Origin: Alphaproteobacteria bacterium
GTDB taxonomy: Bacteria > Pseudomonadota > Alphaproteobacteria > GCA-2731375
Reading direction: 5' to 3'
DNA: 64,000 bases
NCBI GenBank assembly: GCA_965232515.1
Contig: CBDDPY010000002.1
Span: 7,168,001-7,232,000 of the forward strand
The notes below the pieces were generated by a model that had not been told where the DNA came from, searched no databases, and saw only the letters and a program-made list of their open reading frames with translations. Positions 44,138-53,485 of the stretch are shown in pieces. How positions within the stretch are numbered: position 1 is the stretch's first letter; every line of letters starts with the position of its first letter. Both the position numbers and the translations under genes were made by a program.

Positions 44138-45663
44138 AAGTCCGCGCGCAAATCGGCATGGTGCTGAATCTCGACAAGTGCATTGGCTGTCACACCTGCT
44201 CGGTCACCTGCAAGAACGTCTGGACCAACCGGGAAGGCATGGAATACGCCTGGTTCAACAACGTCGAGACCAAGCCCGGCATCGGCTATCCCAAGGAGTG
44301 GGAGAACCAGAAACGCTGGAACGGCGGCTGGGAACGGACATCGGGCGGCAAGCTGCAGCCGAAGATGGGCGCCAAGTGGCGCATCCTGGCGAAGATCTTC
44401 GCCAACCCTGATCTGCCCGAGATCGACGACTATTACGAGCCCTTCACCTTCGACTACGCGCACTTGCAGAACGCGCCCGAGCTCGAGGCCACGCCGACGG
44501 CCCGGCCGCGCTCGCTGATCACCGGCGAGCGCATGGAGAAGATCGAGTGGGGACCGAACTGGGAGGAAATTCTGGGCGGCGAGTTCGCCAAGCGCTCGAA
44601 GGATTACAACTTCGAGGGCGTCGAGAAGGAGATCTACGGCCAGTTCGAGAACACCTTCATGATGTACCTGCCGCGGCTCTGCGAGCATTGCCTGAACCCG
44701 ACCTGCGTCGCGGCCTGTCCCTCGGGCGCCATCTACAAGCGCGAGGAAGACGGCATCGTCCTGATCGATCAGGAGAAATGCCGAGGCTGGCGCATGTGCG
44801 TCTCGGGCTGTCCCTACAAGAAGATCTACTACAACTGGTCGAGCGGTAAGTCGGAGAAGTGCATCTTCTGCTATCCGCGTATCGAGGCCGGGCAGCCGAC
44901 GGTCTGCTCGGAGACCTGCGTCGGCCGCATCCGCTATCTCGGCGTGCTGCTCTATGACGCCGACCGCATCGAGCAGGCGGCGTCCGCGCCGGATGCGTGC
45001 GACCTCTACGACGCGCAGCTAGGCATCTTCCTCGATCCGAACGATCCTGAGGTCATCGCCCAGGCCCAGGCCGACGGCGTGCCGGAGGCCTGGCTCGCGG
45101 CCGCGAAAGCGTCGCCCGTCTACAAGATGGCGATGGATTGGAAGGTGGCGTTCCCGCTGCATCCGGAGTACCGCACGCTGCCCATGGTCTGGTACGTGCC
45201 GCCGTTGTCGCCGATCCAGTCGGCGGCCGAGGCCGGTCAGATCGGCGTCGAGAACGAACTGCCGGACGTGCGTTCGCTACGCATTCCGGTGCGCTATCTC
45301 GCCAACCTGCTGACGGCCGGCAAGGAGGAGCCGGTGGTGCAAGGGCTGGAGCGCATGCTGGCCATGCGCGGCTATATGCGGTCGAAGACCATCGACGGCG
45401 TTATCGACGAGGCGATCGCCGCGCGCGTTGGCCTGACCCCGCAACAGATCGAGGACATGTACCACGTGATGGCGATCGCCAATTACGAGGATCGGTTTGT
45501 CATTCCAACGTCGCACCGCGAGGTCGGCGAGGACGCCTACGATCTGCGCGGCGGTTGCGGGTTTTCCTTCGGCAACGGCTGCTCGGAAGGCATGAGCGAA
45601 ACGAGCCTGTTCGGCGGCCCGACCCGCAAGAAGACGGTCGAAACCCCGACGGAGGTGTTCTGA
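44134..45663 (+). CDS. narH: Respiratory nitrate reductase beta subunit
   Basis: MKVRAQIGMVLNLDKCIGCHTC and four Fe-S motifs; ATGA overlap with narG. Confidence 0.97.
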   Translation: MKVRAQIGMVLNLDKCIGCHTCSVTCKNVWTNREGMEYAWFNNVETKPGIGYPKEWENQKRWNGGWERTSGGKLQPKMGAKWRILAKIFANPDLPEIDDYYEPFTFDYAHLQNAPELEATPTARPRSLITGERMEKIEWGPNWEEILGGEFAKRSKDYNFEGVEKEIYGQFENTFMMYLPRLCEHCLNPTCVAACPSGAIYKREEDGIVLIDQEKCRGWRMCVSGCPYKKIYYNWSSGKSEKCIFCYPRIEAGQPTVCSETCVGRIRYLGVLLYDADRIEQAASAPDACDLYDAQLGIFLDPNDPEVIAQAQADGVPEAWLAAAKASPVYKMAMDWKVAFPLHPEYRTLPMVWYVPPLSPIQSAAEAGQIGVENELPDVRSLRIPVRYLANLLTAGKEEPVVQGLERMLAMRGYMRSKTIDGVIDEAIAARVGLTPQQIEDMYHVMAIANYEDRFVIPTSHREVGEDAYDLRGGCGFSFGNGCSEGMSETSLFGGPTRKKTVETPTEVF

Positions 45664-46367
45664 TGGCCGATACCTTCAAAGTCCTGTCGCTGCTGCTCAG
45701 CTATCCGAGCGAGGAGCTCGCCGCCGGCGCGTCGGAGCTGAAAGGCGTGCTCGACACCGAGGGGCTGGTGCCGGGCCGCTTTCGGGCGCGGCTCTACAAG
45801 CTGATCGATGAGTTGGGCACGCGCGATCTGTTCGATCTGCAGGAGCGTTACGTGCTGCTGTTCGACCGCAGCCGGTCGCTATCGCTGCACCTGTTCGAGC
45901 ATCTGCATGGCGAGAGCCGCGACCGCGGCCAGGCCATGGTCGATCTGATGCGGCATTACGAACGGCATGGTCTGCGGATCGAAGCGAAGGAACTGCCGGA
46001 CTACCTGCCGCTGTTCCTGGAGTTCCTGTCGACCCGGCCGGTGGACGAGGCCCGCGCGCTGCTGGCCGAGCCAGTACATATCCTGTCGGCGCTGGCAGCG
46101 CGGCATCGCAAGCGCAAGAGCGCCTACGCCATCGTCTTCCGGGTTCTGGAGGCATTGGCACGGGGAAAGGCGAGCGCGGAAGCGACGGCCAGTCTGCTGA
46201 CCGAACCGGAGGACGATCCTGACGACCTCGCGGCGCTGGACCGCGTCTGGGAGGCAGAAGCCGTCACCTTCGGCCCCGGCGCGGCCGCGCCCGACGGCGG
46301 CTGCCCCGCGGCGCGCGACCTGCTGGCCCGCATGGACCCGCCCCAAACCCCATCTCAGGGAGGCTGA
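45663..46367 (+). CDS. narJ: Nitrate reductase chaperone
   Basis: LL.YP, FDR...SLHLFEH.HGESRDRGQAM and ELPDYLPL.LEF. Confidence 0.95.
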   Translation: MADTFKVLSLLLSYPSEELAAGASELKGVLDTEGLVPGRFRARLYKLIDELGTRDLFDLQERYVLLFDRSRSLSLHLFEHLHGESRDRGQAMVDLMRHYERHGLRIEAKELPDYLPLFLEFLSTRPVDEARALLAEPVHILSALAARHRKRKSAYAIVFRVLEALARGKASAEATASLLTEPEDDPDDLAALDRVWEAEAVTFGPGAAAPDGGCPAARDLLARMDPPQTPSQGG

Positions 46368-46370
46368 CCG

Positions 46371-47072
46371 ATGGCCGAGTTTCTCAACGCCTTCTTCTTC
46401 GGCATCTATCCGTACATCTGCCTGGCGATCATGATCCTGGGCTCGATCTTCCGCTACGAGCGCGAGCCTTATACCTGGCGCTCCGGCTCCAGCCAGCTGT
46501 TGCGCCGCCGGCAGCTCATGATCGGCTCGAACCTGTTCCATGTCGGCATCCTGTTCCTGTTCCTCGGCCACTTCGTCGGCCTGCTGACGCCGCACTGGCT
46601 CTACGCACCGATCATCAGTGCGGAAGCGAAGCAGCTGCTGGCGGTCGTCGCCGGCGGCATCGCCGGCGTGATCTGCTTTATCGGCCTGACCATGCTGTTG
46701 CACCGGCGGCTGTTCGATCCGCGGATCCGCGTCACCACCACGTTCAGCGATCTCGCCATCCTGATCATTCTCTGGGTTCAGCTCGTGCTGGGTCTGGTGA
46801 CGATCCCGTATTCACTGTCGCATGCCGACGGCAGCGTGATGCTGCGCCTGTCGGAATGGGCCCAGCGCATCCTCACCTTCCGCGGCGATGCCGCAGAGTT
46901 GGTGGCCGGTCTGGCCTGGCCCTATCAGATCCACCTGATCCTGGGGCTGACGATCTTCCTGCTGTTCCCGTTCAGCCGCCTGGTGCATATCTGGAGCGCG
47001 CCGGTCCGCTACCTCTGGCGGCCGGGCTATCAGATCGTGCGGTCGCGGGCCGGTCGCGCGTCAGCAAGGTAG
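46371..47072 (+). CDS. narI: Nitrate reductase gamma (cytochrome b) subunit
   Basis: YPY, W.S.SSQ, FH.G..GH and PFSRLVH. Confidence 0.96.
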   Translation: MAEFLNAFFFGIYPYICLAIMILGSIFRYEREPYTWRSGSSQLLRRRQLMIGSNLFHVGILFLFLGHFVGLLTPHWLYAPIISAEAKQLLAVVAGGIAGVICFIGLTMLLHRRLFDPRIRVTTTFSDLAILIILWVQLVLGLVTIPYSLSHADGSVMLRLSEWAQRILTFRGDAAELVAGLAWPYQIHLILGLTIFLLFPFSRLVHIWSAPVRYLWRPGYQIVRSRAGRASAR

Positions 47073-47077
47073 CCGCC

Positions 47078-47872
47078 ATGACGGACGTCCAGGTCAACGG
47101 CACCCGGATTGTCGACGCGGCGATCCTGGCCGAGGCGCAGCACCATCCGGCGGCATCCCCAAGCGAAGCCGTAGCCGCGGCGACGGAAGCGCTTGTGGTG
47201 CGCGAGTTGCTGCTGCAGGAGGCCGCGCGACAGTCGCTGACGCCGGAACCTGATGTCGATGACGAGGGCCGGCGCGAAACGGAAGACGAGGCGCTGATCC
47301 GGCAGTTGCTGGCGGCCGAGATCGCCGTGCCGGCGGCGGACGTCGAGACCTGTCGCCGCTACTACGACAACAACCCCGGTCGTTTCCGCAGCCCCGACCT
47401 TTATGAGGCGGCGCATATCCTGTTTGCTGCCGATCCGAACGACGGCGAGGCCTATGATGAGGCCGTTGCATCGGCCGAGCAGACCATCGCCGTCCTGCAA
47501 CAGGATCCCGGCAGTTTCGCGGCGATCGCCGGTTCGCGCTCGGACTGTGTGTCGGGCCGGCAGGGCGGCCGGTTGGGCCAGGTCGGGCGGGGCGACACGG
47601 TGCCGGAGGTCGAGACCTTTCTCGTCGCGCTGGAACAGGGGCAGCTCTGTCCGGTGCCGGTCAAGAGCCGGTACGGCGCACATGTGCTGCGGCTCGACCG
47701 CAAGATCGACGGCCGGCGGCTGCCGTTCGAGGCAGTGCGGGACCGTATCGCCGACTATCTGCAGGAGGCGAGTTGGCGCCGCGCGGTCGCGCAGTACATC
47801 AAGCTGCTGGCCGGCCGGTCACGCATTGAAGGCATTGAACTCGAGGCCGCGACGAGCGCTCTCGTGCAATGA
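47078..47872 (+). CDS. PpiC/parvulin-type peptidyl-prolyl isomerase of the nar operon
   Basis: AAHIL, S.C.S...GG.LG and PV.SRYG.H. Confidence 0.88.
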   Translation: MTDVQVNGTRIVDAAILAEAQHHPAASPSEAVAAATEALVVRELLLQEAARQSLTPEPDVDDEGRRETEDEALIRQLLAAEIAVPAADVETCRRYYDNNPGRFRSPDLYEAAHILFAADPNDGEAYDEAVASAEQTIAVLQQDPGSFAAIAGSRSDCVSGRQGGRLGQVGRGDTVPEVETFLVALEQGQLCPVPVKSRYGAHVLRLDRKIDGRRLPFEAVRDRIADYLQEASWRRAVAQYIKLLAGRSRIEGIELEAATSALVQ

Positions 47873-47899
47873 ACGGACGGGCGGGAAGGGAGGTGCGAC

Positions 47900-48463
47900 A
47901 TGATGACGGCGTTGGCGCAGCGGCGTTACATCGAGACGATCCCCGACACGCTCCTGCAGGAACCGCTTAACTTTATCTTCGCCGACCATTACCGGCAGCG
48001 CGTGGTTTGCACGCTGCTTGAAGAGCTGGCCGACGCCGCGACGCTCGATGCCGCCAAGGCCGAGGAGGTCGTCGACTTCCTGGCCAACGATATGGTCCGC
48101 CACGTCCTCGACGAGGAGGAGGACCTGTTCCCGTTGCTGCGTCGCCGCTGTGCGCCTGAGGACGAGATCGAGGCGATTCTGGATAAGCTTGCCCTGGAGC
48201 ATACGGCGGATGAGCGGCTGGGCCGCGATCTCGTTGTCGCGATCGGCGCGCTGATCGCCAACGGCACGGCGCCGAGAATACGTCCGAAGGTCCGGGAAAT
48301 GATGCTGGCTTTCGCGCGCAGCCAGCGGCGCCATCTGATGGTCGAGAACAATATCGTTCTGCCCATTGCGCGGACGCGCCTGGTCGAAGCCGATATCGCC
48401 AACCTGGCTCGGCGGATGGCGGCCCGGCGCGGTGTCGCGATCGCTGCCGTGCTGGACGGCTGA
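47900..48463 (+). CDS. Hemerythrin/HHE-domain protein
   Basis: DH..QR, H..DEE.DLFP, EH and HL..E...LP di-iron pattern. Confidence 0.85.
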   Translation: MMTALAQRRYIETIPDTLLQEPLNFIFADHYRQRVVCTLLEELADAATLDAAKAEEVVDFLANDMVRHVLDEEEDLFPLLRRRCAPEDEIEAILDKLALEHTADERLGRDLVVAIGALIANGTAPRIRPKVREMMLAFARSQRRHLMVENNIVLPIARTRLVEADIANLARRMAARRGVAIAAVLDG

Positions 48464-48738
48464 CCGTCCGCAATTCGCATTGGCGTCCACGTCAACTCCC
48501 TGATCGGCGCATTTTACCCGGCGCCGGTACGGCGTCGCCGACGGTTAATCGTTTGTTTACCAAGCCCATTTACACATTCTCAACGAATGGGACTCGTTGC
48601 GGCCGTCCCACCGGTTGAGGCCTGAGACGGCGTTTGCGTCGCCGAATCTGGCTTAAGACCGATGCAACGCGGGACGGCGGCAGCACCTGTCGGCCGAGGA
48701 ATGCAGCCGATCCGCGAGGCACGGGTACACGTCGAGAC

Positions 48739-50994
48739 ATGCTTTCCGAGACCTTCAAACGCACCTTGAACCGCGCACGGTCGCTCGTGGTTTCGCATGG
48801 TCTGGATTTCATCACATCGGAGCATCTGCTCCTGGCTTTAACCGACGATCCGGACGCCCTGCCGGTCTTCGCCTGTCGCGGCATTGACATCGACGCGCTA
48901 CGCGCGGATCTGATCGAGAATTTCGACGACGATCCGGAAGAAGAACTGCCGCGCGATCTGTCCGACGGTGCGCATGCGCTTTACCTCACGGCGGAAATCC
49001 GCCGCGTGATCAGTCGGGCGGCGGCGCTGGTCAAGCGCGAAGGCGGCAGCGTGACCGGCGAGCACGTGGTGGCCGCAATGCTGTGCGAGCATCAGGGGCG
49101 TGCGGCGAAGCTGATGAACAAGTGGCAGATGTACGGCCTGGAGCTACCGCCGCCGTCCGATGCCGACGAGATCGGTGGAGCCCGTATCCTGCCGGAAAAC
49201 GTCGACGAGGATCAGGCATCCGAGATGCCGGATGACGCTGCCGATGCGCTCGACGCCTATTGCGTCGACTTGCGTCGGAAGGCGCTTGCCGGACGCGTCG
49301 ATCCCGTGATCGGCCGCGATGACGAGATCCGGCGAACCATCGGCGTTCTCTGCCGGCGCACCAAGAACAACCCGATCTTCGTCGGCGATCCCGGCGTCGG
49401 CAAGACCGCCATCGTCGAAGGCCTGGCACAAAGGATCGTTGACGGCACGGTGCCGGAGGTTCTGTTTGGCACCACGATCTATGCGCTCGACATGGGCGCG
49501 CTGTTGGCGGGCACGCGTTACCGCGGCGATTTCGAGGCGCGCCTGAAAGCCGTGATCGCCGAGCTCGGGCAGCGGGACCGGGCGGTATTGTTCATCGACG
49601 AGATTCACACGATTGTCGGCGCCGGCGCCATTTCGGGCGGCGCCATGGACGCCGCCAATCTCCTGAAGCCAGCGCTGCAGGACGGCAGCGTGCGTTGCAT
49701 CGGCGCGACCACGTATCAGGAATACCGCGCCCATTTCGACAAGGACCGGGCGCTGGTTCGCCGCTTTCAGAAGATCGATGTCGCGGAGCCGAACGAGGAT
49801 GACGCGGTGCGAATTCTGGCCGGCGCCAAGTCTCGTTACGAACGGCACCACGGTGTGCGCTACACCACTGGGGCGTTGCATGCGGCGGTCGCGTTGACGA
49901 CGCGGCATCTGGGCGACCGCAAGCTGCCGGACAAGGCCTTCGACGCGATCGACGAGGCGGCTGCGCAGCAGATGCTGAAGCCGAAATCGAAGCGGCGCAG
50001 AACCATCGGCGTCGCCGACATCGAGGCGGTTGTGGCGCAGATGGCCCGGATCCCGCCAAAGTCCGTGTCGCGGGACGATCGCCAAACACTGCGCGGTCTC
50101 GAGGCCGACCTGAAATCGGTGGTCTTCGGACAGAACCCGGCGATCGACGCGCTGGCGTCGGCGATCAAGCTGTCGCGGGCTGGTCTGCGCGAACCCGACA
50201 AGCCGATCGGCAGCTATGTGTTTTCCGGTCCGACCGGCGTCGGCAAGACCGAGCTGGCGCGCCAGCTCTCGCACGCGATCGGCATCGAGCTGATCCGATT
50301 CGACATGTCGGAATATATGGAGCCGCACGCCGTCAGCCGACTGATTGGCGCGCCGCCGGGCTATGTGGGCTTCGAACAGGGCGGCCTGCTGACCGACGCG
50401 GTCGACCAGAAGCCGCACAGCGTGCTGCTGCTGGACGAGATCGAGAAGGCGCATCCAGATCTGTTCAGCCTGCTGCTGCAGGTGATGGACGCGGGCAAGC
50501 TGACCGATCACAACGGCCGGACGGTCGACTTCCGGAACGTGATCTTGATCATGACCACCAATGCCGGCGCCGCCGATATGGCCAGGCCGGCCATGGGCTT
50601 CGGCCGCGACCGGCGCGAGGGTGAGGACGACGTGGCGTTGTCCCGCCTGTTTGCGCCGGAGTTTCGCAACCGCCTCGACGCCATCGTCTCGTTCAACGCC
50701 CTGTCGCCTGATGTCATGCGGCAGGTAGTGGATAAATCTCTACTGGCGCTGGCCGCCCAGCTCGCCGACCGGGACGTCAAGATCGAGGCTACCCAGGATG
50801 TGCGCCGCTGGCTGGCGGAACGCGGCTACGATCCGACTTATGGCGCGCGGCCACTGGCGCGCCTGATCCAGGACGCGATAAAGAAGCCGCTGGCCGAGGA
50901 GCTGCTGTTCGGAAAACTTGTCGGCGGCGGAACCGTGCGGCTCGACATCGCCGGCGGCAAGCCGGTGTTTGGCCTGGCGCCGACCGATACCTGA
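48739..50994 (+). CDS. clpA: ATP-dependent Clp protease ATP-binding subunit ClpA
   Basis: Two AAA+ modules ([14 protein letters not shown]; [15 protein letters not shown]), no middle coiled coil, and an MGF ClpP-docking loop. Confidence 0.88.
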   Translation: MLSETFKRTLNRARSLVVSHGLDFITSEHLLLALTDDPDALPVFACRGIDIDALRADLIENFDDDPEEELPRDLSDGAHALYLTAEIRRVISRAAALVKREGGSVTGEHVVAAMLCEHQGRAAKLMNKWQMYGLELPPPSDADEIGGARILPENVDEDQASEMPDDAADALDAYCVDLRRKALAGRVDPVIGRDDEIRRTIGVLCRRTKNNPIFVGDPGVGKTAIVEGLAQRIVDGTVPEVLFGTTIYALDMGALLAGTRYRGDFEARLKAVIAELGQRDRAVLFIDEIHTIVGAGAISGGAMDAANLLKPALQDGSVRCIGATTYQEYRAHFDKDRALVRRFQKIDVAEPNEDDAVRILAGAKSRYERHHGVRYTTGALHAAVALTTRHLGDRKLPDKAFDAIDEAAAQQMLKPKSKRRRTIGVADIEAVVAQMARIPPKSVSRDDRQTLRGLEADLKSVVFGQNPAIDALASAIKLSRAGLREPDKPIGSYVFSGPTGVGKTELARQLSHAIGIELIRFDMSEYMEPHAVSRLIGAPPGYVGFEQGGLLTDAVDQKPHSVLLLDEIEKAHPDLFSLLLQVMDAGKLTDHNGRTVDFRNVILIMTTNAGAADMARPAMGFGRDRREGEDDVALSRLFAPEFRNRLDAIVSFNALSPDVMRQVVDKSLLALAAQLADRDVKIEATQDVRRWLAERGYDPTYGARPLARLIQDAIKKPLAEELLFGKLVGGGTVRLDIAGGKPVFGLAPTDT

Positions 50995-51163
50995 CGCAAG
51001 ACCGCCTGTCGGCTACTGAACGAAGTGACGGTTGCTACGCGTGACGTCGGTATGCCGTCGGCGATAGTCTGCGCTTCTAAGGCAAACCTAATACTGCCTG
51101 AATAGCGTCACGATCCATGACGACAATACATCGACTTCACTGATGAATTGGGGATAGATCATC

Positions 51164-52564
51164 ATGACGATAACAGTGCGACGACAGAGGCGACCGCAGC
51201 GCACCTGCCTACGCGGTGTCGACGGCGACGGTCGTTTTCGGCTCTTGGCCGCATGCGGCATTGTTCTGTTGACGTCGGTGTTCGCCGTATCGCCGGCCGC
51301 CGCTCAGAGCCTGGAAGACGTGATCCGCCAGAACGACGCGCTCCGGCAGCAGAACGAGCAGTTGATGCGGCAAAACCAACAGCTCATCAACATGATCCAG
51401 CAGAATGCCGACCGCTTGAATCGGCTGGAGGCCCAGCAGGCGCAGCAGCAGGCGACGATTGGAAAGATCGAACAGCTCGAAAGCAAGCAACAGGAGCTGG
51501 CCGCGAAGACGGCCGCGGATAGTTCGAACAGGCGGGCCGTGAGCTCAGGCAACGATAAGGTCAAGCTGACGCTGTCGGGCCAGGTAAACCGCGGCGTGCT
51601 GTATGTCGACAACGGGGATTCAGAAGAGTTCTTCCATGTCGACAACGACAACTCGTCGACCCGGGTGCGCTTCATCGGCGAGGCGCCGCTCGACGATGAA
51701 TTCAAGGTCGGCACCCAGATCGAGGTGCAGTTCGAGTCCAACTCGACGGCGGCCATCCGGATCGATCAGGACAGCCCGGCCGGTCCCAACAGCTTCACCG
51801 AGCGCAAGCTGGAGCTCTACGCCGACAGCAAGACCTTCGGCCGGCTCTGGGTCGGGCAGGGCGATACCGCGTCGAACGGGACGTCGGAGCAGGACATCTC
51901 CGGTACCGGCGTGATCGCCTATTCCGGCGTCGCGGACTATGCCGGCGGCATCGCCTTCTTCGACGACCGGACGCAAAGCCTGGGGCCGCGCATCAATCAG
52001 GCCTTCAGCAACTTTGACGGCCTCAGCCGCGACGATCGGCTGCGCTACGACACGCCGAAGTTCGGCGGTTTTTTCGCCTCGACCTCGGCTGTCGATGGCG
52101 GCTCGTGGGACGTCGCCGGGCGCTTTGCCGGCGAGATCGAGGGGACGCGGATCGTCGCCGCGGCCAGCTATGCCAACGCCAGCTCGCGGCAGGGCTTCGA
52201 GCAGGTGAGCGGCTCGGCCTCGGTGTTGTTCCCCAATGGTATCAGCGTGACCGGCGCCATCGGCGAACGTGAGATCGACGGCCGCAACAGTGGCGACGAT
52301 CCGGTGTTCTACTACGCCAAGCTCGGCTACACGTTCAATCCGTTGTCATTCGGCGCGACGTCGGTCGCCATTGACTACACGGCGGTCGACGATCTGGCGC
52401 AAGACGGCGATGAGTTCGCGGCTTACGGCGCGTTCCTGGTGCAGAACTTCGACAAGATCGGCACCGAGTTCTATGCCGGCGTCCGCAACCACGAGCTCGA
52501 CCGCGCTGACGCCGACTTCGACGATATCTTCGCGGCGCTGACCGGCGCCCGCGTCAAGTTCTAG
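51164..52564 (+). CDS. Outer-membrane porin with an N-terminal coiled coil
   Basis: Signal peptide (..PAAA-Q), Gln-rich heptads, amphipathic beta-strands and a C-terminal Phe. Confidence 0.82.
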   Translation: MTITVRRQRRPQRTCLRGVDGDGRFRLLAACGIVLLTSVFAVSPAAAQSLEDVIRQNDALRQQNEQLMRQNQQLINMIQQNADRLNRLEAQQAQQQATIGKIEQLESKQQELAAKTAADSSNRRAVSSGNDKVKLTLSGQVNRGVLYVDNGDSEEFFHVDNDNSSTRVRFIGEAPLDDEFKVGTQIEVQFESNSTAAIRIDQDSPAGPNSFTERKLELYADSKTFGRLWVGQGDTASNGTSEQDISGTGVIAYSGVADYAGGIAFFDDRTQSLGPRINQAFSNFDGLSRDDRLRYDTPKFGGFFASTSAVDGGSWDVAGRFAGEIEGTRIVAAASYANASSRQGFEQVSGSASVLFPNGISVTGAIGEREIDGRNSGDDPVFYYAKLGYTFNPLSFGATSVAIDYTAVDDLAQDGDEFAAYGAFLVQNFDKIGTEFYAGVRNHELDRADADFDDIFAALTGARVKF

Positions 52565-52638
52565 CGGTCGCGACGGACGACGGATGGCAGGAGCCGACGG
52601 GAACCGGGTTTCTGCATCCGTCGCCCGTCGGCCGTGCC

Positions 52639-53451
52639 CTAAAGAACGCAAGCCAGGTCGCCGAGATCCGTCGGGAACGACGGCATCGGCGCGGTCAGGT
52701 CGTGCGGCAGGGCGACGGCGACGTCGTCGATGCCGAGATCGGCAAGCTGATAGGGCGTGCCGTGGCGGTGTTCGAGGTGCCCGCGGCCGATAATGCCGAC
52801 CAGCAGGGGCGCCACCGGCTGCCGCAGCGCGGGCAGCAGGTTGCAGGCGAAGGCGCGGTCCCAGACCTGCTGGGCGCGCACGAAGCGGTCGAACGATGGA
52901 TCGTCCGGCCCCTTTGCCTGGCGCTCCCGAAAGCCGCCGCCGGTGATGTCGAACAGGTAGCGGCGATAGGCCGGTGTCGCCGGGCGGGCCGGGGTCAGGC
53001 CATCGCGTTCCGCCTCGGGCACGGCGTCCCAGCCTTCCTTGCCGATGCGGGTGACCAGCGGCCGCTCGCAGTTCAGGGCCAGCATCGGGACTTTGTAGGC
53101 ATGGCAGAAGTGGAACAGCGGCAGGTATAGCGCCGGATCGAAGCGCCAGACCTCATGCCATTCCGATTGTTCGAGAAAATCTTCGACCGACAGCTTGCCG
53201 TCGACCCATTGGTCCAGCACCGGCTGTACCCGACGGGGAAACATTTCGAAGCCAAGCGCGATGTTGCCGTGTGCCGCCAGCAAGCCGGCGCTGACATGGA
53301 GCTGCCAGCGGTGGATATCGGCCCGGTCATGGGCTTCGCCAAGGCAGACCACGCGCGATCGGGCCAGCCGCGCGATCGCGAACCGCTGGTCGAGCGGTTC
53401 GCCGTTGGCCAGGTCGATCCAGGTGCCTCGGTCTAACATCCGGTCTGGCAT
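52639..53451 (-). CDS. ChaN/PhuW-family (haem-uptake associated) protein
   Basis: LGEAHD...H..Q, GFEMF, Y.PLF, AQ..WD and GRGH. Start uncertain. Confidence 0.8.
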   Translation of the reverse strand: MPDRMLDRGTWIDLANGEPLDQRFAIARLARSRVVCLGEAHDRADIHRWQLHVSAGLLAAHGNIALGFEMFPRRVQPVLDQWVDGKLSVEDFLEQSEWHEVWRFDPALYLPLFHFCHAYKVPMLALNCERPLVTRIGKEGWDAVPEAERDGLTPARPATPAYRRYLFDITGGGFRERQAKGPDDPSFDRFVRAQQVWDRAFACNLLPALRQPVAPLLVGIIGRGHLEHRHGTPYQLADLGIDDVAVALPHDLTAPMPSFPTDLGDLACVL

Positions 53452-53485
53452 GCGGCGTCTCGTGCGTTCGGCGGGGTCGGCGGCA

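Noticed and set aside
42850-46367. Apparent long N-terminal extensions of narH (42850), narJ (45138) and other ORF-track entries such as 29750 and 5943
   Set aside because: These are artefacts of choosing the first start codon. Family-typical N-termini with RBS or stop/start overlaps lie downstream.
51080-51100. GGCAAACC upstream of the porin as a c-di-GMP-I riboswitch
   Set aside because: There is no following GNRA-capped stem, GACGCAAA segment or second hairpin.
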